Positions 37,160 through 45,578 of a DNA stretch of 64,000 nucleotides are shown here, in pieces. A program made the position numbers and the translations under genes. How positions within the stretch are numbered: the first letter of the stretch is position 1; each line of letters starts with the position of its first letter. The stretch covers positions 37,576 to 101,575 of the forward strand of contig CAVQSB010000007.1 of the NCBI GenBank assembly GCA_963715305.1, in the 5' to 3' direction. Origin of the DNA: an uncultured Actinomycetota bacterium. GTDB lineage: Bacteria; Actinomycetota; Acidimicrobiia; Spongiisociales; UBA4744. A model generated the notes under the pieces. That model had not been told where the DNA came from and did not search any database. It was given only the letters and a program-made list of their open reading frames with translations.

Positions 37160-37528
37160 CTACTCCGGATCGCCCGCTGCGGATCGGTCGGGGGACGGCG
37201 CCGCGCCCGGAGCCTTCAGCATGGTCAGCAACATGACACTGGGTTCGAGGGCGACGACCGAATGAGGAAGCTTCGCCGGCATGTGGGCCCAATCGCCGGG
37301 CTTGACCTCGACTGTTTCTGATCCCATCGTCAAGTGAAGGTGTCCGGACAGGACCTGCACGATGGCGGGTAGTGAAGCAGTGTGCTCGGTGAGTTCCTGA
37401 TCGTGGTCAAAGGCGAATACGACGACCCGGATGTGGTCGTTCTTGAAGACCACTTGGCTGAGGGTTCCCTCCTGGGGTATCTCCGTTGCGGAGATCAGAT
37501 CACCGAGGAACGTTTGTGAATCAGTCAT
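37160..37528 (-). CDS. cupin domain protein
   Basis: 122 aa: ELTEHTASLPAIVQVLSGHLHLTMGSETVEVKPGDWAHMPAKLPHSV. Confidence 0.7.
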   Translation of the reverse strand: MTDSQTFLGDLISATEIPQEGTLSQVVFKNDHIRVVVFAFDHDQELTEHTASLPAIVQVLSGHLHLTMGSETVEVKPGDWAHMPAKLPHSVVALEPSVMLLTMLKAPGAAPSPDRSAAGDPE

Positions 37529-37716
37529 AACCGGAATCGTACCGTGAACGGCGGAGAGAGTCCGCCGAGGAGGTTTGGGGTGCCGTCCGTTAGGCTGGAT
37601 AGCGACCTCCCGGGCATGGTTGACCTGCAGGGCAGCTAAGGCTCACCGGGGAGGGCGGAGACTTGTGATTTCGTTGAGTCCCCCAACCCGACGCGGTGGG
37701 GAGAGAGGAATCGAAC

Positions 37717-38589
37717 ATGACCGATAAGATCAGCGTTCCGGAGGTCCGGGCTCGAAAAGGTGGTCCCAAGCTGACCATGGTGACCGCCTACGACGCTCCG
37801 ACGGCTCGCATCGTCGACGCAGCCGGGGTGGACATGATCCTGGTTGGTGACTCGGTCGCCAACGTAGTCCTCGGTCATGACGACACCCTGGCCGTCGACC
37901 TCGACGTGATGATCCACCATACCGCCGCGGTTGCCCGTACGGAACCCAATGCCCTCATTGTCGGCGACATGCCCTGGATGAGTTATCACGTATCCGTCGA
38001 CGATGCCGTGAGAAACGCCGGCCGCCTCGTTCGCGAGGGAGGTGCCGAGGCCGTGAAACTGGAGGGCGGCCGCAAGCGCATTGCGGTGATTGAGGCAATC
38101 CTCTCCGCAGAGATACCGGTGATGGGCCATCTGGGGCTCACCCCCCAATCCGTGCACTCGATGGGTGGGTATCGCGTCCAGGGGAAAGCCGCCGACGCCG
38201 CCAAGGAACTGCTCGAGGATGCCCATGCGGTAGCTGAGGCGGGCGTCTTTGCGCTGGTGCTCGAGGGTATTCCGGATGTGCTCGCCCAACTCATCACGAA
38301 GGAGGTGCCGGTTCCAACCATCGGGATCGGTGCCGGCGAGCACACCGACGGTCAGGTGTTGGTTTTCCACGATGTTCTTGGGATGCACAACGAGCGGGTG
38401 CCGAAATTCGTTCGCAAGTATGCGAATCTCTTCGATGCAGCGGTAGCTGCACTCCACGCCTACGTAACGGATGTGCAATCTGGAGCTTTCCCCACTGATG
38501 ACGAGACCTACCACATGACGGAAGAGGCTGCGGAGGCGCTATTCAAGGAGGAGCCACGCGACGACTTGTCCTGGCCCTTGTCCTGGTAA
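37717..38589 (+). CDS. panB: 3-methyl-2-oxobutanoate hydroxymethyltransferase
   Basis: ATG 37717 follows GAGAGAGGAA. Reads LTMVTAYDAPTARIVDAAGVDMILVGDSVANVVLGH...VKLEGG...MGHLGLTPQS. Confidence 0.9.
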   Translation: MTDKISVPEVRARKGGPKLTMVTAYDAPTARIVDAAGVDMILVGDSVANVVLGHDDTLAVDLDVMIHHTAAVARTEPNALIVGDMPWMSYHVSVDDAVRNAGRLVREGGAEAVKLEGGRKRIAVIEAILSAEIPVMGHLGLTPQSVHSMGGYRVQGKAADAAKELLEDAHAVAEAGVFALVLEGIPDVLAQLITKEVPVPTIGIGAGEHTDGQVLVFHDVLGMHNERVPKFVRKYANLFDAAVAALHAYVTDVQSGAFPTDDETYHMTEEAAEALFKEEPRDDLSWPLSW

Positions 38590-39098
38590 CGGCTGCCTGC
38601 ACCGAAACGGCGGGTTCGTCGCCGACGACGACAGCCGAACCCCTCGCGGCGACAACGGCTGCGACCAGTTCGACGACGGTTACGACAACGCTCGATGGTC
38701 TCCCCGGATTCGCGACGGTCGAAATTGTCCTGGACGGCGAGGTAATGACGGTTGCCGTGGCGGATACAGACGAACGGCGCAGCCAGGGTCTCATGGGCGT
38801 TACGGACCTGGGGGGTCTCGATGGCATGGTGTTCGTCTTGCCCGAACCTTCGGTGAGTGGGTTCTGGATGAAGAACACGCTCATCGCTCTCGACATTGCC
38901 TTCTTTGCAACCGATGGCTCGCTGCTGGGCGTCGAGGCCATGGAGCCGTGTATGTCCGATCCGTGCCCCACCTACGGGGTCGAGCAACCCTGGCAATGGG
39001 CCATTGAAGTGCCGGCCGGCAGGTTTGACGATCTCCCACCGGAGGCGAGGCTCGACGTGGGCCGGGATCCCTTCCTGCCGTTGCTCCAAGGCGGCTAG
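38556..39098 (+). CDS. DUF192-family lipoprotein; the predicted start codon position reads ACG
   Basis: The DUF192 core (ORF 38745..39098: VADTDERRSQGLMGV...MVFV...FWMKNTLIALDIAFF) is preceded in-frame by (T)RRLVLALVLVTAACTETAG, a signal plus lipobox. AAGGAGG lies at 38545-38551, 4 nt before ACG 38556. The first canonical start is ATG 38745. Confidence 0.6.
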   Translation, partial: TRRLVLALVLVTAACTETAGSSPTTTAEPLAATTAATSSTTVTTTLDGLPGFATVEIVLDGEVMTVAVADTDERRSQGLMGVTDLGGLDGMVFVLPEPSVSGFWMKNTLIALDIAFFATDGSLLGVEAMEPCMSDPCPTYGVEQPWQWAIEVPAGRFDDLPPEARLDVGRDPFLPLLQGG

Positions 39099-39103
39099 GA
39101 AGT

Positions 39104-39202
39104 CAGTTATCAGTTATCAGTCCGCTTCGCTTCAGTATTCAGTTACCAGTTCACGGCGGTCGGCGAAGGCAGTAGGCATATGGCTGATGGCTGATGGCTG
39201 AT
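39104..39202. repeat. composite heptamer-repeat element: (CAGTTAT)x2-CAG, a degenerate CAGT-periodic spacer, then (ATGGCTG)x3
   Basis: Read directly from the sequence: tcagttatcagttatcag...cagtattcagttaccagttcacgg...atggctgatggctgatggctgat. It lies between the DUF192 gene and rpsF and has the same architecture as the element at 21656-21709. Confidence 0.85.
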
Positions 39203-39362
39203 CACCCTTCCGCGAAATCTCCCTTGCCAACGGGCTTCCGTTAGGCACCTCGCGTTGGTTACACTGCCAACGCTTCCCCGGGTACCCAATGCGTACCCGA
39301 ACCTGCTCCGTCAGACGGCGGGGCCTTCCGCATCAAGCGGTTGTCCACAGGAGGAGGTTGCT

Positions 39363-39653
39363 TTGCGCAACTATGAGCTGATGACCATCCATCGGCCTGA
39401 ATTGGCTGATGACGACTACCGGACACTGGTGAAGGAGACGGAGGAGTTCCTCCGGAGCCGTGGTTCCAGTGTCACGGAAACCGACCTCTGGGGCAAACGC
39501 CGTTTTGCCTACGAGATCAAACATCTCCATGAGGGCTATTACTCGGTAACCAAGTTCGAGGCTGAGCCGGACGTGGTCGATGACCTGGACCGGGTGCTCT
39601 CGCTGGCTGATCTGGTGATCCGTCACAAGATCTTCCACCTCGACAAGACATGA
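39363..39653 (+). CDS. rpsF: 30S ribosomal protein S6
   Basis: TTG 39363 after AGGAGGAGG gives (M)RNYELMTIHRPELADDDYRTLVKE...WGKRRFAYEIKHLHEGYY. Confidence 0.9.
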   Translation: MRNYELMTIHRPELADDDYRTLVKETEEFLRSRGSSVTETDLWGKRRFAYEIKHLHEGYYSVTKFEAEPDVVDDLDRVLSLADLVIRHKIFHLDKT

Positions 39654-39723
39654 CCGATCGGCAGAGATGTCATACCCCCGTGGCACAGTTGGGGGTACGT
39701 CTGCCTGGCAAGGAGAGAGAAGA

Positions 39724-40173
39724 ATGGCGATAAATAGTGTGACCGTGATCGGCAATCTCGTCGAGGACCCCGAACTTCGTTTCACCCCGTCGGGAGTAGC
39801 TCTCGCCAAGATTCGCGTGGCCGTCAACCGGAGATGGCGTGATCAAGGTGGAGATTGGCAAGAGGAGACCAGCTTCTTTGGTGGCACCCTCTGGCGAGAA
39901 GCTGCAGAGAACGCGGCCGAGTCGCTCACGAAAGGTGCCCGGGTGATCATCACCGGCAGCTTGGAGCAGCGGCAATGGGAAACCCAGGAGGGTGACAAAC
40001 GATCGGTCGTGGAGATCCGGATTGATGAGATGGGGCCTTCCCTGCGCTGGGCGACGGCTTCGATCACCAAGACGGCCCGCTCGGGCGGCGACGATTGGGG
40101 CGGAGGCAAGCAAAGTGTTCCGGCCGCACCGGTTGCCCGTGAAGACTATGGGCCCGACGAGGCACCGTTTTAG
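39724..40173 (+). CDS. ssb: single-stranded DNA-binding protein
   Basis: ATG 39724 after AAGGAGAGAGAAG. Reads [35 protein letters not shown], an OB fold, with the acidic tail ...DEAPF. Confidence 0.9.
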   Translation: MAINSVTVIGNLVEDPELRFTPSGVALAKIRVAVNRRWRDQGGDWQEETSFFGGTLWREAAENAAESLTKGARVIITGSLEQRQWETQEGDKRSVVEIRIDEMGPSLRWATASITKTARSGGDDWGGGKQSVPAAPVAREDYGPDEAPF

Positions 40174-40190
40174 TAGGAGGAAGACACACC

Positions 40191-40454
40191 ATGGCGGCAA
40201 AAACACCTCGGCGTCGGCGGGAGAACCCGAAGAACGCCAAGAAATTCAAGAAGAAGGTCTGTTACTTCTGCCGGGAGAAGATCGACCACATCGATTACAA
40301 GGACGTTGCGGTCCTTCGCAAGTACATGTCCGACCGGGCCAAGATCCGGGCGCGTCGCGTGACCGGCAACTGCACGCAGCACCAGCGTCAGGTGGCGATC
40401 GCCATCCGCAACGCGCGGGAAATGGCCCTCCTTCCCTATGTAGGTAAAGGATGA
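40191..40454 (+). CDS. rpsR: 30S ribosomal protein S18
   Basis: 87 aa: [64 protein letters not shown]. Confidence 0.95.
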   Translation: MAAKTPRRRRENPKNAKKFKKKVCYFCREKIDHIDYKDVAVLRKYMSDRAKIRARRVTGNCTQHQRQVAIAIRNAREMALLPYVGKG

Positions 40455-40897
40455 AACTCATACTCACCGACGACGTGAAGGGTTTGGGTGGCAAAGGCGA
40501 AGTGGTCGAGGTTGCCGACGGTTACGGCCGCAACTACCTCCTCCCAAAACGTATGGCCATGCGAGCGACGGCGGGAGCCTTGCGGGATGCCGAGGGCATC
40601 AGGACCGCGCACGAGGAAGTGCAGAAGAAGGTCTTCGAAGAAGCCGAGGCAACTGCCAAAACCCTGGTCGGAACCCGCGTGGTTCTTGCCGCTCAGGCGG
40701 GCGACGAAGGCAAGCTGTTCGGTTCGGTAACCACCACAGATGTCATCGACGGCGTACTCAAGTTCACGGGCGTCCAGCTCGATCGTTCCACCGTCCAGAT
40801 GACCGGTCCGATCAAGAGCATCGGCCTGCATGAAGTGATGATCAAGCTGCACCCGGATGTCCAGTTTGCCCTGACTCTCGATGTGATTCCTGCGTGA
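40451..40897 (+). CDS. rplI: 50S ribosomal protein L9
   Basis: 148 aa: [36 protein letters not shown]. Confidence 0.95.
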   Translation: MKLILTDDVKGLGGKGEVVEVADGYGRNYLLPKRMAMRATAGALRDAEGIRTAHEEVQKKVFEEAEATAKTLVGTRVVLAAQAGDEGKLFGSVTTTDVIDGVLKFTGVQLDRSTVQMTGPIKSIGLHEVMIKLHPDVQFALTLDVIPA

Positions 40898-40904
40898 GGA
40901 AACC

Positions 40905-42275
40905 ATGACCGATCTCGACCGGATCTCAGCTCCCACCAGGAGCGTTTCCGGTCGGGGTCGTATCCCTCCCCACAACATCGACGCAGAGGAATCGGTGCTT
41001 GGCGCCATCATGCTGTCGGCAGATGCTGCCAACCTGGTGATGGACAAACTGGAACCCGATGATTTCTACGTACCGGCTCACCAGGCCATCTTTGATGCGA
41101 TCGTCCAGTTGTACAACGCCAACCAGCCGATCGATCCGCTGACCGTCTCCGACGCCCTCCACCGGAGAGGCGAGCTTGATCGAATCGGCGGAGCCGGGTA
41201 TCTCACCGACCTGATGGAGGGAGTTCCGACCGCGTCCAACATCGAGTACTACGCGGAGATCGTCGAAGAGCATGGTTTGCGGCGCCGTCTGATCGGAGCG
41301 GGTGGCACGATCGGCGATCTGGCCGTGATGACCGATATGGACATCTCTGCAGTCCTCGACCGGGCCGAGCAGACGGTGTTCGGCGTTGGCGAGCGAAGAA
41401 TCGGCGAGGGCCTCATCGCCATGAGCCCGCTCCTCCATAGCACCCTTGAAGTGATTGAAGAAATGGAAGCCCGCGGCTCGGAGCTAACCGGTCTCGCCAC
41501 CGGTTTTCGAGACCTGGACCGCAAGTTGGCCGGATTGCAGGCTGCCAATCTCGTGATCGTGGCGGCCCGACCATCGATGGGGAAGTCCGCTCTCGCCTCG
41601 AATATCGCCACCAACGTCGCGATGGACGGCGGCACGGTGGCCATGTTCAGTTTGGAGATGAGTCGCGAAGAGATCGTGCAGCGGTTGCTGTGTTCGGTTG
41701 GCAGGGTCGATTCGATGAAGCTCCGCACGGGTCAGCTCGGCCCCCAGCTGTGGCAGAAAGTTGTGCACGCTGCGTCGCGTATGTATAAGGCACCCATATT
41801 CATCGACGACTCCGGTCAGTTGACGGTGACCGATATCCGGGCTAAATGCCGGCGGCTCAAGCGTCAACATGGTTTGGATCTCGTCATCATCGACTACCTC
41901 CAGCTGATGTCTGGATCGAACCGCGAGAACCGGCAGCAGGAGATTGCCGAGATCAGCCGTTCGCTCAAGAACCTCGCCCGGGAACTCGACATACCCATTG
42001 TTGCGGTTTCGCAGCTGAACCGTGGTTTGGAAGCTCGCGAGGACAAGCGTCCCCGGCTCGGCGACCTCCGGGAGAGTGGCGCCATCGAGCAGGATTCAGA
42101 TGTCGTGATGTTCATCTACCGCCACGAGTACTACCACCCGGAAGCTCAGGACACGAAGGGTCTCGCTGAGGTCATCATCGCCAAGCACCGGGCGGGTTCG
42201 ACCGGTCGCGTTGACATGACCTTCCTCCCCGAATTCACCCTCTTCGCCGATCTGGGTCGTGACGTTTCGGTCTAG
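40905..42275 (+). CDS. dnaB: replicative DNA helicase DnaB (no intein)
   Basis: 456 aa. Reads RIPPHNIDAEESVLGAIML, Walker A ARPSMGKSALASNIA, IIDYLQLM and SQLNRGLE. Confidence 0.95.
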   Translation: MTDLDRISAPTRSVSGRGRIPPHNIDAEESVLGAIMLSADAANLVMDKLEPDDFYVPAHQAIFDAIVQLYNANQPIDPLTVSDALHRRGELDRIGGAGYLTDLMEGVPTASNIEYYAEIVEEHGLRRRLIGAGGTIGDLAVMTDMDISAVLDRAEQTVFGVGERRIGEGLIAMSPLLHSTLEVIEEMEARGSELTGLATGFRDLDRKLAGLQAANLVIVAARPSMGKSALASNIATNVAMDGGTVAMFSLEMSREEIVQRLLCSVGRVDSMKLRTGQLGPQLWQKVVHAASRMYKAPIFIDDSGQLTVTDIRAKCRRLKRQHGLDLVIIDYLQLMSGSNRENRQQEIAEISRSLKNLARELDIPIVAVSQLNRGLEAREDKRPRLGDLRESGAIEQDSDVVMFIYRHEYYHPEAQDTKGLAEVIIAKHRAGSTGRVDMTFLPEFTLFADLGRDVSV

Positions 42276-42436
42276 GCATGGCAACTGTGGGCGGGTTGGC
42301 AGTGAACACGGCCGTCTGATCTCAGCTCCAGGTGGGCTAATCGATTCCTGGTGCGGGTGGGTGCGATGTGTCGCCCTTCAGCTACGAATTGGCTAAACCG
42401 ACGGTTACCTGCCGCGGATGGGCTAGGTTCCCTGGC

Positions 42437-42610
42437 ATGACCGTGCAATCGAGAATCCTGTGGATCGTGGGCGTCGTTGTTGCCTTGATCGTGCTTGGAC
42501 AGGTGTTGGCCATCCTCAGATGGGTGATCGGCTTGGTGATCCTGGTGGCGGTAGCCGGCCTCCTTGTGCGGGCGATGGGATCAGATTTCGGCGGGAAACC
42601 TCTGCCCTGA
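42437..42610 (+). CDS. small two-TM membrane protein (hypothetical)
   Basis: ATG 42437 in ORF 42368..42610: MTVQSRILWIVGVVVALIVLGQVLAILRWVIGLVILVAVAGLLVRAM. Confidence 0.35.
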   Translation: MTVQSRILWIVGVVVALIVLGQVLAILRWVIGLVILVAVAGLLVRAMGSDFGGKPLP

Positions 42611-42639
42611 CGGAGTGTGCGGGGTCGCCGGCCCCTATC

Positions 42640-43203
42640 TCACATCCGGTCCCTGGCCGGCGCAAGCAGGCTGGTGCGGTAGAGAGAAACCAGAAGATGG
42701 AGGAGCGGTACCGCCGCTACCACGATGGTTACCACGGCGAGCGCGCCGAGTTCGCCTTCGACCGGCTCGATAAACCATCCGAGGATCGACAACCCCACAA
42801 TCGGCGCAATTCCCATCCAGAGGAGCAACCGCTCCGAAGCCGACCACTGTGCAAAGAAGATATCGTCGGCGTCGGCTGCAAAAGCCTCCGCGAGCAAGCG
42901 GGCGGTGAGCCAGGCGCCTACGACGTTTGACCATCCCAGAGCCGCAGTTGCGACGCTCCCGGCATCAAATTGTTCGGCGATCGCGGCGGCCAGCGTGACT
43001 ACCGCCAGGATGAGAAGTGCTTTGTGGAAGCGAACCGGTTCCGGGATGGCCTCGGGAAGCCTGATGATTCCAACGATCACCAGGACCGCACCAATGACAT
43101 CATTGATGAGGTCGAATCCTTCGATTCGGAGGTCGATGACGAGCATCAACGTCGCGAATAGCAACAAGCGAGCGATCCTGGCAAGCGCCGGGCGGTCGAT
43201 CAT
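42640..43203 (-). CDS. hypothetical polytopic membrane protein
   Basis: ORF 42640..43224. ATG 43203 (MIDRPALARIARLLLF...) overlaps the stop of the upstream ORF (ATGA). Confidence 0.5.
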   Translation of the reverse strand: MIDRPALARIARLLLFATLMLVIDLRIEGFDLINDVIGAVLVIVGIIRLPEAIPEPVRFHKALLILAVVTLAAAIAEQFDAGSVATAALGWSNVVGAWLTARLLAEAFAADADDIFFAQWSASERLLLWMGIAPIVGLSILGWFIEPVEGELGALAVVTIVVAAVPLLHLLVSLYRTSLLAPARDRM

Positions 43204-43481
43204 GAGTCGGGCGGCGATAGCCAATTGTCTCGGAACGCTTCGGCTGAGAGGGTAGGCAGATCCTCTTCCATTCGAACGTCGTAGAAGTGGTCACCGAACC
43301 GTTGGTGCATGTTGCCGACGACCGAACCGGTGGCTCGTTGAACGATCTCCGTTCGACCGCCCCCACCCGGTACGGGGCCGAGCTCTACCGCGAGGGTCGC
43401 CAATTGCCCCAATCGGCGCCACCATCTACCTCGGCGAGGGGCAGGTTCCCGGCGCAGCTCGTACTCGTCCCGGGCTCGCAC
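43200..43481 (-). CDS. hypothetical small protein, coupled to the downstream membrane protein
   Basis: 93-aa ORF with an Arg-rich N-terminus. Support comes only from ORF length and the ATGA coupling. Confidence 0.3.
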   Translation of the reverse strand: MRARDEYELRREPAPRRGRWWRRLGQLATLAVELGPVPGGGGRTEIVQRATGSVVGNMHQRFGDHFYDVRMEEDLPTLSAEAFRDNWLSPPDS

Positions 43482-43861
43482 GTCCTCTCGCTCCTCTCTG
43501 GCTTCAGGCGAGACTAGCGAGGAGCGACCGCCTCAGACCCTGTGCCCGAGCAGCCGGACTGCGGTCTCGGGCAGGGCTTGACCAATGTCTTACTCGCCGA
43601 TCCAAGTCAGTCCCGGCATCGGGACGATCCTCCTGGCCATGGGATACGGCGAAGTGCAGCTGCGGGATCCCGGGGCGAATTTCAACGACGACTTTGTGAT
43701 GCAGTGGCCATCGCAACTCTCGTCGACCTCAGCCAGATCGTCGATACTGAGAAACCGAGACCTCGGGTCTTCTAGGACGACCTGGAAGCCGTGACCAAAC
43801 CCGACCTCACCGAACGTGCTCGGAGCCTTCTCAGATGAACACGGCCCGACCCGAGGACCCG

Positions 43862-43898
43862 AAAAAGTCGAGACCCCCTCCGCCGACGAGGGGGTCTC
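43862..43898 (-). terminator. Rho-independent terminator-like hairpin (minus strand)
   Basis: An 11-bp perfect stem (gagaccccctc / gagggggtctc, 43870-43880 with 43888-43898) and a 7-nt loop. On the minus strand it is followed by gacTTTTTc. Confidence 0.45.
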
Positions 43899-44070
43899 TC
43901 GTTCTCGTCCGGTCCTCTCGGGAAGAGTCGGAGGAAGGGGGACTCCGTATTGCCTCGGCGTGCATGAGACCGGGCGAGAACTTGTACTTCAGCTATCGGA
44001 TTCTGCTCGGGGTTTCTTGAGCGGCAATTCTGCGAAGCATCTCTCGCCGGGTTCTGACATCTCCTAGCTC

Positions 44071-44982
44071 ATGCCCGATCCCGTCCATGACAATCCCGAT
44101 ATCCTCTCCGTTATGCCATCCCGCACGAGTGCCATGGTTGCTTTGGTCGTCCTCACAGCCGCCTGGGGGACGATCCCTCTGATCGTTCGCTCGGTCGAGC
44201 TCTCGACTCAGCAATTGGTCGCGATACGGCTGCTGCTGGGAGCCCTGCCGCTCCTGGTGGTTCTCCTGAGTCGCGGGGTCCCCCGGTTGGGCGCGTCGCA
44301 ATGGCTGCGCGTTATCGGATTTGGAGCGCTGCTCGCCTTTCATTGGGTCGCGTTCTTTTGGTCGCTCAACACAACCACGGTGGCCATCGCTCTGGTTCTG
44401 GTGTATCTGGCTCCTGTGGCGATGGCAACACTGGCGCCAATCGTCCTCGGGGAAGTCCTCCAGCGACGTTCCGCACTTGCGCTGGCCGTTGCTCTCGCAG
44501 GAGTCCTTCTCGTGGCCAGACCCGGAGAAGGCGCCACCAGCGAGGGAGTGATCTCGGGGTTGCTGGCTGCCGCCAGCTTCGCCGGTCTGGTCCTGGTCGG
44601 GAAGCCGATTGCGCAACAGATCGGGCCGCTCCGGTTGGCCACCTTGGGGACCGCCGTGGCCGCGCTGCTCATGATTCCGTGGGCGGTGAGCGCCTTCCCG
44701 GAAGCCATCGAATCCTGGTGGCAACTCTTGATTCTCGGTGTGGTCCTCACCGGGTTGGCTGGTTATGTGTATTGGAGGAGCGTGGCCGCTCTTCCGGTCG
44801 CGACGGTTGCGGTTCTCAGCTACATGGAGCCTGCCTCGGCCGTTGTGTGGGCTGCCCTTTTTCTGGGCGAAAGCGGCGATGTGGTCACCTGGTCGGGTGT
44901 CATCCTCGTTCTGATTGCGGGAACTGCTGCGGGACGGCAGGGCCTTGCGACTCTTTCGGCCGAGCAATCGGTGGCCGGCTAA
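44071..44982 (+). CDS. EamA/DMT family transporter
   Basis: 303 aa, about 10 TM helices, two EamA-like halves. Confidence 0.8.
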   Translation: MPDPVHDNPDILSVMPSRTSAMVALVVLTAAWGTIPLIVRSVELSTQQLVAIRLLLGALPLLVVLLSRGVPRLGASQWLRVIGFGALLAFHWVAFFWSLNTTTVAIALVLVYLAPVAMATLAPIVLGEVLQRRSALALAVALAGVLLVARPGEGATSEGVISGLLAAASFAGLVLVGKPIAQQIGPLRLATLGTAVAALLMIPWAVSAFPEAIESWWQLLILGVVLTGLAGYVYWRSVAALPVATVAVLSYMEPASAVVWAALFLGESGDVVTWSGVILVLIAGTAAGRQGLATLSAEQSVAG

Positions 44983-45002
44983 AGCCCGCGGCTGCCAGGC
45001 CG

Positions 45003-45569
45003 ATGCTTGGTGCGATGGCAACTGAGCGCGATACACCAGGGAAGCTCTGGCTTAGGGGCGCTCGGGGAGTGGTAGGGGGAATGCTGTCCGGTCGGGAGAC
45101 GGGTGCCGACCTACGAGCCAGAGTCGCGGGATATCGTAGCGACTCTCAGGTCTCCAAAGCGTTGGGTGGCCTTCCACGAGGCTGGCGTGTGTTTCGTGAC
45201 ATCAACCTGGTGGAGGAGAGCGTCGACTACGTGGTAGCAGGCCCACGCGGTGTCTTTCTTGTCGAGATGAGTATCAATGCCGGGACGGTGGTGGCGAATA
45301 CCAGAGGCCTCTCCACCCACGGTCGGCGTAACAACCGGCTTGTGGAACAGGCGATGCGCCGGGCACACACCCTGGAACGACGTATCGGCGTTGAGGTCCA
45401 ACCCGTCCTGGTCGTTGTGGGAGCCGACCTCACCGGCCAGGAGGTCGACGGTCTTCCGGTGGTCCTCCTCGAGGAGCTGTCCGAGTTCTTGCTGCGCGAC
45501 GATGGTCGGCGGCTCACGTGGGGCAAAGCCAAGAGCGTTCTGGATGCTCTCGAGGGCATGATGCGCTAG
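45003..45569 (+). CDS. NERD domain-containing protein
   Basis: In-frame ATG at 45003 in ORF 44301..45569. Reads GWRVFRDINLVEESVDYVVAGPRGVFLVEMSINAGTV. Confidence 0.7.
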   Translation: MLGAMATERDTPGKLWLRGARGVVGGMLSGRETGADLRARVAGYRSDSQVSKALGGLPRGWRVFRDINLVEESVDYVVAGPRGVFLVEMSINAGTVVANTRGLSTHGRRNNRLVEQAMRRAHTLERRIGVEVQPVLVVVGADLTGQEVDGLPVVLLEELSEFLLRDDGRRLTWGKAKSVLDALEGMMR

Positions 45570-45578
45570 AAGTAGTGT

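Noticed and set aside
39104-39202. Tandem short repeats considered as a possible CRISPR array
   Set aside because: The units are 7 nt with no spacers, there are only 2-3 copies and no cas genes. These are microsatellite-like heptamers, not CRISPR repeats.
39210-39362. Promoter or S6:S18 autoregulatory leader upstream of rpsF
   Set aside because: I could not find a convincing -35/-10 pair or the characteristic structure by eye, and actinobacterial promoters are too degenerate to call from sequence alone.
43895-43925. CCGGACGAG on the minus strand, matching the first 9 nt I recall of the guanidine-III (ykkC-III) riboswitch
   Set aside because: The rest of the roughly 41-nt consensus (ACCCGGUCAGGACAAGACGG) is absent, and no SMR/EmrE-type gene follows.
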